This document shows positions 26,934 to 40,287 of a stretch of DNA of 64,000 nucleotides, one piece after another (the first letter of the stretch is position 1; every line of letters starts with the position of its first letter). This stretch comes from Octopus vulgaris (Eukaryota): positions 64,728,001 to 64,792,000 of the forward strand of contig OX597830.1 of assembly GCA_951406725.2 (NCBI GenBank), given 5' to 3'. Below the pieces are notes generated by a model that saw nothing but the letters and a program-made list of their open reading frames with translations, did not search any database and was not told where the DNA came from. The position numbers were made by a program, and so were the translations under genes.

Positions 26934-28521
26934 TAGTGCCCCTGATGTCTTAGCGGCGATAAACGAAATAAAACACAATTCAGCAGTAGGCCCCGATAGG
27001 TTCCCTGCTTGTGTCCTGAAGGTGTGTCGACACCAACTTGCATCTCCCCTTGCTAATCTGTGGAGAAACTCACTGGATGCTGGCTATATTCCAAAAAACC
27101 TTCTGTCCCAGTCTGTTGTCCCAGTTTTCAAAAAGGGAAACAAGTCCCTTGCAGTGAACTACCGTCCGATCTCACTCACCTCTCATATCATCAAGGTATT
27201 TGAGAGGGTGGTGAGATCTCGAATAACCCAATTTCTGGAAAGCAACAGACGGCTGATCTCCAACCAACATGGGTTCCGTAATGGAAGGGACTGCCTAACG
27301 CAGCTCCTGCATCACTTTCAGGACATTTTGAGAGCTTTGGGAGAGGGCTCCAACACCGATGTCATCTACCTTGATTTCAGTAAGGCCTTCGACAGGGTCG
27401 ATCACAAGATCCTATTGAAAAAACTATCCAACACTGGTGTCTCTGGAAAGTTACTGAAATGGATCAAGTGTTTCCTGACAGACAGATCTCAACATGTTGT
27501 AGTTGAAGGGGTAAAATCAAGCCCAGCCAAAGTCAGTAGTGGCGTTCCGCAAGGCACTGTGCTGGGCCCACTTCTTTTCATCATTTACATTAATGACATT
27601 AATGACATCATCAAGCACAGCAACATAAAAATCTTTGCAGATGACTCCAAGCTACAGAAGGTCATAAATGAGGCGAGTGACCGGACATGCCTTCAGTCAG
27701 ATCTACTGGCTGTTATCCAATGGGCAGAAAAAAACAATATGCTGCTGAATGAGGATAAATTTGAGTTAATCCACTTTGGAAAAGTGGATGCCCTGAAACT
27801 CCCATACTCCCTTCCTTCAGGTGAAACTCTCGCGGCGTCCAACAACATCAGAGACTTGGGAGTAATTGTGAACAACAACATAAGCTGGGCCACTCATATA
27901 AACACCAAAGTTGACATGGCCCGCAGAATGTGTTCCTGGATTCTCAGAACTTTCCAGTCGAGAGATATCCACACCATTATCCTTCTCTTCTCTACTTTTG
28001 CCCGACCCCACCTTGAATACTGTTGTCCACTGTGGTCTCCCCACACAATACAAGGTATCATAAAAGTTGAAGCACCTCAAAGGGCAATCACAAAAAAGAT
28101 AGATGGCATGACAGGCCTCGACTATTGGGGTCGACTAGAAAAGCTAAAACTCTATTCTCTCCAACGTCGTCGTGAGCGCTACATCATCTGCATGATGTGG
28201 AAAATATTCCATCAGCATTGCCCAAATGATGTTGGCATCACCTTTAAGGTACATCCAAGGCTTGGGCCCCGTGCCATCCGCCCAAAACAAAAATCGCACT
28301 CTCATCTCATAACAACAATACGGCACAATTATTTCACCTCAATTGGCCCCGCTCTCTTTAACATTACACCAAAACACATTAAAACGGAAACTGACCCTAT
28401 AGGGTTCAAGAAGTCTTTGGACAGATTCCTTCAAGAAATCCCGGATAAACCCCCTACACCCGGATATGTCTCTGTAAACAATAACTCTCTACTTGAGTGG
28501 GCCATAGTGCCCAAATTCTGA
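26932..28521 (+). CDS. CR1-clade LINE ORF2, 5'-truncated (reverse transcriptase + C-terminal domain, no endonuclease)
   Basis: Uninterrupted frame from [10 protein letters not shown]...GPD through [52 protein letters not shown] and [16 protein letters not shown] to the stop at 28521. No native start codon; begins at the (TA)n junction. Confidence 0.93.
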
Positions 28522-28611
28522 CTTGAAAGACTTCACCAGGTGGTGCTATTAAGTTAGACATGGCCTGGGCCAATAATGGCCGAAACCTATCAAAGTATCA
28601 AAGTATCAAAG
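26932..28611 (+). mobile_element. 5'-truncated CR1-clade non-LTR retrotransposon inserted in (TA)n
   Basis: RT ORF, short structured 3' UTR, (TATCAAAG)3 tail, pure TA runs on both sides. Confidence 0.92.
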
Positions 28612-28651
28612 TATATATATATATATATATATATAATGATAAATCTCATCA

Positions 28652-28721
<70 letters not shown>

Positions 28722-28808
28722 GTATACACATCTACATATACATATATATCTATGTATATATATGTATATATCTGTAAATAATAATAATGGTATTTTTATA
28801 TGAGCAGT

Positions 28809-29190
28809 GGAGGCGCAATGGCCCAGTGGTTAGGGCAGCGGACTTGCGGTCATAGGATCGCGGTTTCGACTACCAGACCGGGCATTGTGAGTGTTTATTG
28901 AACGAAAACACCTAAAGCTCCACGAAGCTCCGGCAGGGGATGGTGGTGATCCCTGCTGTAATCTTTCACCACAACTTTCTCTCACTCTTACTTCCTGTTT
29001 CTGTTGTACCTGTATTTCAAAGGGCCGGCCTTGTCACTCTCTGTGTCACGCTGAATATCCCCGAGAACTACGTTAAGGGTACACGTGTCTGTGGAGTGCT
29101 CAGCCACTTACACGTTAATTTCACGATCAGGCTGTTCCGTTGATTCGGATCAACCGGAATCCTCGTCGTCGTAACCGACGGAGTGCTTCC
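28809..29190 (+). mobile_element. SINE (head B + tail i)
   Basis: Colinear with 10367-10745. Confidence 0.9.
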
Positions 29191-29227
29191 ATATATGAAC
29201 ATAAAAGATTATGGCAATACCGTGTAA

Positions 29228-29267
<40 letters not shown>

Positions 29268-29311
29268 CATGCATACATACATACATATATGTATGTATAT
29301 ATGTATATATA

Positions 29312-29358
<47 letters not shown>

Positions 29359-29476
29359 ATGTATATATTTATAAATGGAAAAATCCTTCGTGCCATACGA
29401 GGTTAATCCACAAATGTGTATTAACATAGAAACCTACATCTATGTAGAAAAAAGTGTTTATGATTGTGAATGAGCA

Positions 29477-29508
<32 letters not shown>

Positions 29509-30040
29509 TGTGCGCGTGTGTGTTTGCGTGTTCCTGTGCGTGTATGTGTGTATGGAAGCATGTGCTTGTTAGTGACTGCGTTATAATTCCCTTATACGCA
29601 GACAAACACACATACACACACGCTCACACAAACTCACACTCACACACAGGTTCAGACGAGGTTTTCTGAGATTTGGTGCCGAGGTGGGGGATGGAGAGCC
29701 ATGATGTGCTTAGATCAATCTCAGGGGCATTGGTAACATATGCTGGTTCCAGTCTTAAGAATCAATAAACACTGCAAAATCCACCCCACCCCCACCGCTA
29801 CCCTACCATCACACAACAACTCCTCCTCCTCCTCCTCCTCTTACTACTACTAGTAATACTACTATTAGTAGCAGTAGTAACGATATAAATCCGGATTCGT
29901 AATAATGATGATGATGATGATAATAATAATAATAATAACAATAATAATAATAATAATAATAATAACAATAATGATAATAATAATAATAATGATAATGATG
30001 ATGATGATGATAATAATAATAATAATTAATAATAAGAATA

Positions 30041-30073
<33 letters not shown>

Positions 30074-30077
30074 GTGG

Positions 30078-30110
<33 letters not shown>

Positions 30111-30224
30111 ATTTTATTTATTGCAGGGCTTCAAATGTGATGGACATTAGAGGTTGGAGTTCAAAATTCCTGGTGGGAGGGGAGAGGTTATCTAAAGGAG
30201 GGGGACGAAAGTGAGGGAGGAGTT

Positions 30225-30313
<89 letters not shown>

Positions 30314-30337
30314 GAAGAAGAAGAAGAAGAAGAAGGA

Positions 30338-30966
30338 TTCTTTTATTAGCCACAATGGCTCACATACAATAACATTAAACGACATGCAACTACATAAAAG
30401 ATACAATGGTTTTTCCTCGTGTAAACGAGATAGATAATTAAAATTGAACGAATTAAAACTCCCAATAGGGGAGGCGCTTTAAGTTCCTCGTGGAAAATCT
30501 CACAAAAGCCACGGGTACCTGACCAACAGGGCAAGAGCCCTTCTTTAATCTTTTCACAGGTGCACGCTCTTTTCACACTGGCCATTCTTCCGACATTCAC
30601 CCACCTTTCAACAAACTTGCTACAAGGCAACACTTCCCCCTTTACCCTCAACTTCCCCTTTTTGAAGTGAAATTTGAAAAAGTTGATGAGGGCTTGGCCA
30701 AAAAAGAAAGTGTCTGTCTTTAGATCTTTCAAGCAGGTCCAGCACACTACCTCTTTCGCTACAGCCACTAGACAAAATAAAAACTTTTCGGCCCCTTCCG
30801 AGTAAAAGAGGGCGGCGCGGCAATCGTCATAATGGTTTCAGCTGATAGCCGGATCCTTTCTAGATGTGACACCAGGTGTTCGACATAAGCCCCCAGGTTA
30901 CAATACTCGGACACTGGACCAGGGCGTGCAGAACGGTGTCATTGCTCTGGGCGCACCACTGTGCAA
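30338..30966 (-). mobile_element. Tx1/L1-clade LINE 3' fragment (decayed)
   Basis: Minus translation CAQSNDTVLHALVQCP is a CCHC-type knuckle, followed by AVAKEVVCWTCLK...FVERW with frameshifts. 3' end ccattgtggctaataaaagaat. Bounded by (AAT)/(AAG) runs. Confidence 0.7.
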
Positions 30967-30970
30967 TAAA

Positions 30971-31038
<68 letters not shown>

Positions 31039-31052
31039 TAATAATAATAATA

Positions 31053-31086
<34 letters not shown>

Positions 31087-31089
<3 letters not shown>

Positions 31090-31248
31090 CGTTTATTTGC
31101 CACAAGGACGAAAGATGAGGGGGGGACAATACAAAGACAGACATAAAGTGTGGGACTTATAATGGAATGGAAAAAGCAAAATTAAAAAATGAAAGAAAGT
31201 AAGTATAAACAGGTTACAATGAAAATAGAGGGACATATACATAGCATA
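31087..31248 (-). mobile_element. Short 3' end of a probably Tx1-like retroelement
   Basis: Ends gtccttgtggcaaataaacgaaat+(CAT)n, similar to the 30338 end and to the SINE D tail at 26123-26178. Confidence 0.55.
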
Positions 31249-31264
31249 AATAATAATAATAATG

Positions 31265-31317
<53 letters not shown>

Positions 31318-31320
<3 letters not shown>

Positions 31321-31718
31321 GCTCAGAAAATATAAAGACCTACTCATTGAAATTGAGAAAATGTGGCATCTCAAGGCGGTTACAATACCAGTGATCGTAG
31401 GAGCACTAGGAATGATCAAGAAGGGAACCGAAAATTATATGAGAATGATCCCTGGCTTACCATCCCTGCAAGAAGTGCAAAAGATTGTCTTAACTGGTAC
31501 ATCACACGTATTGAGAAGAGCATTGTCGATGTGAGAACTGTTGCTGCTCATGCATTTTAATTTAACTTTAAAAAAAAAAAAAAAAAAAAAAATGAACGAA
31601 CTACTGAGTTTGGTTTAATGGCCTACCAATATACACTATGAGTTTCTTTGCCCTAGAAGTCGGGAAGACACTCGGCAAGAAATGGAAGAAAATTTGAAAG
31701 AAGAAAAAAAAAAAAAAG
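31318..31718 (+). mobile_element. R4/Dong-clade (RLE endonuclease) LINE 3' fragment in (AAT)n
   Basis: KLRKYKDLLIEIEKMWHLKAVTIPVIVGALG...QKIVLTGTSHVLRRALSM* is the typical RLE C-terminus. A-rich tail; (AAT)n on both sides. Confidence 0.85.
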
Positions 31719-31834
31719 TAATAATAATAATAATAATGATGATGATGATAGTAATAATGGTAATATCAGTAGTAAATATAAAATTATTGATGTTAAAATT
31801 TATCCCGTCAGTTTTTACTAGTAGTAGTTGCACC

Positions 31835-31883
<49 letters not shown>

Positions 31884-33103
31884 CAACATGTAATCTGCGA
31901 TAGTTCACGCCTGAACCATTTATTTATTCTCTTGTTGGCTGTAACCCACATTTTCGCCATAATGTTGTTTGGCGTTTTAAAGATATTGTTTACACAGAGT
32001 ATTTAGAAATTGACAGACAAGGTTTGAATATATGTATGTGTGTATATGTGTCTATGCGTATATTTGTGTATGTTTATTCATGTCTATATATGTACGTGAT
32101 CATATAATATAATATATATATGCATTTGTGTGTGTATGTTTCAATGTAACTATGTATGCAGGCACACACACACACTCATTCATACACACACACTCATTCA
32201 TACACACACATATGCATAATTATATATGCATGCATGCGTGTATGTATGTGTATATTTGCGAGTACGTCTTGGTGTGTTGGTGTGCTCTTTTAGAAGGTGA
32301 AGATAAACATCGATACCAAGAAGAAGATTAGCAACACAGAATCCAATAATGGCTTCTATTTTTGGCACAAGGCCACACATTTCGCAGCAAATGGTTAGTC
32401 GATTGAATCGATTCCTGTACTTCATCGGTACTTTATTTCATCGACCTCCTCCACCTCCCTCCATGCTAGAACAATGTAAGCCAATAGTTGACCTCGGATG
32501 GATTCGAACTCAGAATATAAAGGAGAGCAATAACCTACGGCAAGGCAATTCTAAAGCCAGTTGTGCTACTCTAATGACCCCTCAGCAATGACCCCCTCAG
32601 GAAATTACACCTAACAAAAATAGCAAAGCCTTGAAAATTTAATTACCACGCAAACAAAAGAAATTAACTGAAAGCTATCAAAACATTTCTGGAAAACCAG
32701 AGAAGATATCATGTTTCATTCATTTAGTCTCTGTTTCTATGCCTGGTGTTATATTCGCTGGCTTGAAGCACCGCGAGGTCGGAGAAATACTTGACGGTTG
32801 GGGTATAGGCCAAGCAGGGTCTTGTGACGTGAATCAATAATCACAATACCACAGAGCAATTCCCGTCAGGTTCGATATGACTTTAGATTTCGTCTTTTTG
32901 GTTTGATGTTGAAATATACCATGTAAAAATAGAAAACTTTGATATGCAATATACAATTATATATATATATATATGTAATGAAAATAATGTTTATATATGG
33001 AAAAATTAAATAATTACTATATAATAAAAGTACACTGGGAATCGATTGTTTTTGCTCTTGTGTAAGAAATGTATATATTATAGAAATCGATACATTACAT
33101 ATG

Positions 33104-33410
33104 CGTGGCTGTGTGGATAAGAAGCTTGCTTCTCATACAGGTGGTCTTTGGTTCAATCCTACTGCACGTCACCTTGGGCAGATGTCTTCTACTATAGTAC
33201 CAGTTGTGGATTTGGTAAACGGAAAGTGAAAGGTCGTTGTGTGTGTGTGTGTTAATTTGTACAATTCCCCGTAACTTAAATGTTGCGAAAATGAGACCGA
33301 TAAAATAAGCAGCACACAAGGAAAAAGTACTTGAATTGATTTGTTCGACTAAATCCCATAAAGACTGTACTCCAGTATGGCCGCCGCTGTCCAGTGACTT
33401 AAACAAGGAA
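33104..33410 (+). mobile_element. Decayed SINE family C
   Basis: cgtggctgtgtggataagaagcttgc...ccagtatggccg...gacttaaacaag. Confidence 0.7.
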
Positions 33411-33701
33411 ATGACTTGCCGAATAATATGAGCATTCCGAAAGTGAATTTGAAGCTATTTCTTAATTTCAAATTTTTGTCGTACACTTCAAATTGTTGAT
33501 TTCAAATTATTGAATATAGATTACTATTGTTAATTAATATTATTGATATTTGACATATTAACAATTAACTTGTTTACATCATCGAAGTTAATACTCGTCG
33601 GTATCAGAGATTGAAGAGTTTTTCGTCTTGCAAAGACAGATATTAATAAAAACATAATCTGCTGGAAGAAGTTATATATAATAATACGCTGCAATGAAGA
33701 G

Positions 33702-33739
33702 CAGTGTAACGTTTCGGAATAAATTCTTCGCCAGGACTG
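33702..33739 (-). ncRNA. Degenerate minimal hammerhead motif
   Basis: Minus cagtc-CTGGCGA-agaatttattcc-GAAACGTT-acactg. One core substitution and an imperfect stem I. Confidence 0.4.
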
Positions 33740-34120
33740 AATAAACTACTTGTGCATATATCCGACGAAGTGTTTCACTAGACGTTTTAAACTTCATCTC
33801 TTCCTCATTGTGTAAGGTTTATTCTATGTAACATTTATTCTAATGTTTAGTCTTTACTCCTGTTTGTCAATGTAGTCTTTACTCCTGTTTGTCGATCCAA
33901 ATTGATTCTTCAAATGATTACACACACACACACATGAAAATAACAGTATGTCACTAACGTTGCAAGCATTTTGGAAGAAGTTTCTTTATAGTGTGTGTGA
34001 GCGCTTTCCATTATCATTTCAAACACACTACACACACACGCACACACACACACATATACCAGCATACATACATATACAGATATATAGATAGATAAATGAA
34101 TAGATAGATAGATAGATACA

Positions 34121-34153
<33 letters not shown>

Positions 34154-34584
34154 TCATGCATGCATATGTCTCGACCCCAGGGACCTGAGGGGCGTCTGTT
34201 AAAATCTATCAGCTTCTCTTACTCGCATGGCTTAAGATCACGGTTGACTGATATTATATTATGTCGTAACATCTCAAGCATGGGTTGGTGCTGTTGCCGA
34301 CGAAGCCGGCGCGGCACTGAAAACTGGTTTTGGTGACTGACATTAGCGGAGGCGTGTTAGACTAGGATTGCACTAATTAGAAGAAACCCATATTATTTCG
34401 TACTTACTTTCAACTATTTGATAGATATTCTCCCGCTGATGACAGACAGTGGACAGAGTAGATAACAAGATGCCATTTTGTAAATATGCAAACATGTATA
34501 TATAAGTGAACAAAGGGCACTGACTAGTACCAGTATTGCTAGAAATAAGAGTCAGAACACCTCAATAGCAACAAGCATTATTGC

Positions 34585-35005
<421 letters not shown>

Positions 35006-35073
35006 GACGTATATATTTCTGCCTTTATGTTGTAAAATTGAGACTTAGCCATGAATATTATTCATAATGTAAC

Positions 35074-35151
<78 letters not shown>

Positions 35152-35337
35152 TTAAATTAAATCCTTAAAAATGTTTTAGCCCGAAGGCCGCGGCCATATA
35201 TATATATACATATATATATATATGTATATATATATATAGGCGTAGGAGTGGCTGTATGGTAAGTAGCTTGCTTACTAACCACTACGTGGCACCTTGGGCA
35301 AGTGTCTTCTACTATAGCCCGTCGTATATATGTATAA

Positions 35338-35374
<37 letters not shown>

Positions 35375-35707
35375 TATAAGTAATTATATAGATATATGCA
35401 GATGCATAAATATATATGTATTTCTAACTCTTTAGTTTCTGATGCAGAAGTGTGCACTGTTCCGGAGTTGGATCGGACCATGCCATCTCACACAGCCTCG
35501 TGGGAAATTTTCTCACAAGTTGGGGTGGATCCCCAGTATGTGTGTGTGCCTGGGGGCGTGTGTGTGTGTGTGTGTCTCTGTGTGAGTGTGCTTGACAACT
35601 ACTCTAATAATATTTATTATAAACAGACAACTCACAGAAATGTCACTCTCCGTATAAAGTGATTATCAAGATGATGCGTATGCAGAAATACACACACACA
35701 TACACAT

Positions 35708-35748
<41 letters not shown>

Positions 35749-35828
35749 TATATTTTATGATATACATATATGTATGTGTGTGTATATGTATATATATACA
35801 TACATACACACATATATATATATATGTT

Positions 35829-35862
<34 letters not shown>

Positions 35863-35930
35863 GTGTTTGTGTGAGTTTGGGTATATATGCTGGGTCACTG
35901 CCTTGTGTGTGTGTGAGTATATATATATTT

Positions 35931-35963
<33 letters not shown>

Positions 35964-36024
35964 CATATGTGTATATATACATATGTATTAATATCTAAAT
36001 ATATATACGTTTATACATATTATT

Positions 36025-36064
<40 letters not shown>

Positions 36065-36088
36065 CATTATTATTATTATTATCATCAC

Positions 36089-36237
<149 letters not shown>

Positions 36238-36241
36238 GTAA

Positions 36242-36276
<35 letters not shown>

Positions 36277-36472
36277 TTTGCAGTAGAGGGTAGCTACATA
36301 ACGAGTATATATACACCCAGGTTTAAACCTACGCGGCGCTCGCACTCATATGCACACGCACAACATACATTATTAATTGGCAGAAGTTACAAAGTACGCA
36401 GCCTCATAGTTCTGGTGCACTAACACTTATCACTATATCTATACAGACACACACACACTTACATATGTGTGT

Positions 36473-36521
<49 letters not shown>

Positions 36522-36528
36522 GTGTACA

Positions 36529-36702
36529 GGCGCAGGCGTGGCTGTGTGGTAAGAAGTTTGCTTCCCAACCAATACTGCTCCAGGTTCAGTCCCACTGCGT
36601 GGAACTTTAGGCATATTATAGTTGTTATAGCTGTTATAGCTTCGAGCTGATCAAAGCCACGTGACTGGATTTGGTAGACGGAAACTGAAAGAAGCCTGTC
36701 GT
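36529..36702 (+). mobile_element. SINE family C 5' half
   Basis: ggcgcaggcgtggctgtgtggtaagaag...gaaactgaaagaagcctgtcgt. Confidence 0.8.
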
Positions 36703-37154
36703 ATATATATATATATTTAATTTTATTTGTTAGGGAATAAAAATTCCGGCATAACAGGGGTTCAAATTATTCTCAATGAAAAAAAATATATATTTTCATT
36801 TAGAGATAGTAGGCCCCCTCATCTCACCATATAAAAAGGAATTTTTATTTTAAATACCTACTACTTTATAACTTGGCTGTACGTGCTTCATGAGGTACAT
36901 TTCCCGGTTCCTAAACCACTTTGTGTTTTGCTGGAACCATTCTTAAAGTATAACCCCAATCAACAGCCCCCTATATCACTCCTTGCAATTTCGGCTAAGA
37001 GAAGTGTCTCTCCAAGTTGAGGCATTTATGCATTGTAATGCACATAATATAATAAATATATTTAAAGGAAATAATTAATAAATTTTTCCCTTATGAGATT
37101 TTTCACGCTGACTACTTGATAAATTCTTATAAAAATTTTATCCTATTTTATAAT

Positions 37155-37188
<34 letters not shown>

Positions 37189-37862
37189 TGTATACATACA
37201 TACATACACATGCACGTACACACACACATACACACACACACATATCGTTGTTATTAAGCAAAAGTGTCGCAAGTCCAAAACTTTGCTTTTTCGGAAAACG
37301 AAAAGATAGTTTCTTCATTCCGTAGCAAAACCGTTGTACTATACTTTGGCAATTTTTGATATCTTAACATTTGAAGTAGCTGGAGATACGATAGTTTGAC
37401 CAAAAGAACCGGCTATTGCAAGCAAAAATAAATATTGAAAAACAAAAAAAAACAAAAACCTCGTTTGGCCAAATTCGGACATACGACAGTTTAACATAAC
37501 AGCAACGATGTATGTATAGTCTTTTACGTATATATATGCAAGATACTTAAAAGAAAGAAAGAAAAAAGAACATGCACACACCACCCTACACCCAGCCTTC
37601 GACAAACACCACACAAACACAACCCACGCAATGAAAATATACACTGCTCATAATACACAGTATGTTATTGCTTACATTTCACACGAGCAGTTTTTACATA
37701 AACCAAACACTGTAAAACGATACACAAAATAGAGTTTTAGTTTATATTTCATTACATGCAATAAACGCTGTGCCTGACCTACAACCCCAGTTTTTATTAA
37801 GGTCGTTGCACTGATTTGAACGTAAGGCCTTTTTTGCCTCTCCTCATCTCATCACTCTTTGC

Positions 37863-37894
<32 letters not shown>

Positions 37895-38110
37895 CTTTCT
37901 CTTTGTCTGTCTCGCTCTATATCCCTCGCTCTATTATTACCCACTCGCTACGCTATATGCTTTGTTGTGGAACTCTTCATTATTAGAGATTTATATCTGA
38001 TGTTTATCAGCTAGTGTTACACACACACACATAGACTCACACACACATGTATCTGTATGTATATGTGTGCATTTGTGTGTATGTGTGAGAGCGAAAGAGA
38101 GTGACCGTGC

Positions 38111-38174
<64 letters not shown>

Positions 38175-38209
38175 ACTTACATAAATGGGCACACATATAC
38201 GTGTGTGTT

Positions 38210-38268
<59 letters not shown>

Positions 38269-38676
38269 CAATGAAAATAAACACGCAATTTGGATTTCAT
38301 TAGTGTCGATAATATGATATCCTTTTGTGGCCTTTCCATCGGTCATATCGGTACCTAATTGTTGATAAGTTCTGTAGAACTCTCAGTACATCGAAAATAT
38401 CTTTTGTATTCTTTCGCGTGGAATTCCCTTAATGGTTCCATCGCCAACATGTCTGTCTCAGACGTTCAGATATGACATACATCTCTCTCACTCTCTCGCC
38501 CCTCTCTCTTTCCATGTCTCGCTCCGTCCGTCTCTCACCCTCACTCTCTCTTAATCATTCTTTCTATCCCTGTCTCTGTACTCTTCTCAGTTTCCGTCGC
38601 TTTCTCTATCTCCCCATCCCTTTGTCTCCCTTGGTCTCTCTCTCTCTCTCTATCTATCCTTTTTCTCGCTCTCCCC

Positions 38677-38746
<70 letters not shown>

Positions 38747-38747
38747 G

Positions 38748-38794
<47 letters not shown>

Positions 38795-39049
38795 GTCTAT
38801 CAGTCTATCTATCTATCTATCTATCTATCTCTTAGTTTCTGTCTCTATCCTCCTTCTCAGATTCTGTCGCATTACCTTTCACTCCATCTCTCTCTGTTTC
38901 TGTCTGTCTGTCTTCTACCTGTCTGTCTGTCTGTCTCTCTTTCTCTCTCCCTCTTCTTATTCGCTGATTGTCTTTGTTTTGTCTCCCTCTCATATTTTCT
39001 ATTGCTTTCTCTTTCACTCTGTCTCTCTCTCTATTTCTGTTTCTCTCGG

Positions 39050-39092
<43 letters not shown>

Positions 39093-39629
39093 ATATATAT
39101 ATATATATATGTGTATGTATATAAGTGTCTCTCATTTTACGTTCAATTCCATAGCTATCTTTTAAAAGCTAGTTTGGCCTTCATGTTCGTTTTGAATAAG
39201 TCAACGTGAAAGATCCAGGAAGAGCATGTGGAGGTTGTTTAGCTACAGGTTGACATTGAACGAACAGATTTATGTGTAAAGATGTTCCACCTGCGACTAT
39301 TCCTTCTTGTTTCGCTTGTCTCTTGTCGATAATCTTTTATCTATGACCATCCAATCTTGTTCCTAGGTTCGGTGCACCCAAGTTTACACAATTCAATATA
39401 ATTCCAAACAGAAGCGAAGGATGTCTGATTCCAAGAAAACGTGGTTAATATTTCTAGCAAACTGAATAGCTGCCTAGAGGCTTCCTCAGTATCTAAAATC
39501 TATTTGGTAAAATCTATTTGTCCAGACTGGAACCTTCCCAAATACTTTTAGTGAGCCGTATGTCATTTGGGTCCATTACAAAGCCACGTTTCGATATTTT
39601 TCAAAGGGTACAGTATAATGGTCATTTAA

Positions 39630-40287
39630 AAATTTGGCAATGCGCCAGCAATTTCGGGTGAGGGGTTAAGTCGATTACATGAAGCCCCAGTACTCGACCG
39701 GTAGTTATATTATATTATCGTTCCTTAAAGGCTGAAAGGTAAAATCGATACAGGCGGCACTTGACATGAACTTAAGCCGTAAAAAATGCCGCTAAGCATT
39801 TTTTCCGGTCCGATAGCAATTCACTCCTCACCATCTTAAAGATTAGAATTATATTGGTTTCAAATTTTGGCACAGGGCCAGCAACTTCGGGGTAAGGGTT
39901 GAGTCGATTGCTTGTGTGATATTTATGTTATCGACCCCAAAATGATGATAGGCGAAGTCGACGACGGCCGAATTTGAACCCAGATGGTAAACACGGACGA
40001 AATGTCGCTAAACATTTTTCACCGCGTGCTAACGATTCTGCTTGCTCGTCGCCTTCGGGTACAATATAATATTGGTTTCATACTTTGGTACAGGGCCAGC
40101 AGTATTGTGGCAGAGGGTATGTCGATTACATCGACCCAGTACTTAATTTGGACTTATTTTATCGACCCCAAATGGATGAAAGGCAAAGTCGACTTCGGCG
40201 GAATTTGAAATCCGATGGTAAATCCGGACGAAATGCCGCTAAGTATTTCGTTCGGCATGCTAACGGTTCTATCCGCTCATTGCCTTA
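39630..40287 (-). mobile_element. Three head-to-tail SINE family D copies
   Basis: Three diverged ~200-bp units, each starting ttggcac/tagggccagca on plus and ending (c/g)cctt. tacaatataatattg is duplicated at 40060-40074 and 40291-40305. Confidence 0.8.

Noticed and set aside
34295-34335. CCGACGA-AGCCG-gcg-CGGC-act-GAAA hammerhead-like string
   Set aside because: No stem I complement and stem II is out of register. Likely chance.
39630-40287. Regularly spaced repeats resembling a CRISPR-like array
   Set aside because: The units are ~200-bp diverged SINE copies without unique spacers. Eukaryotic context and no cas genes.
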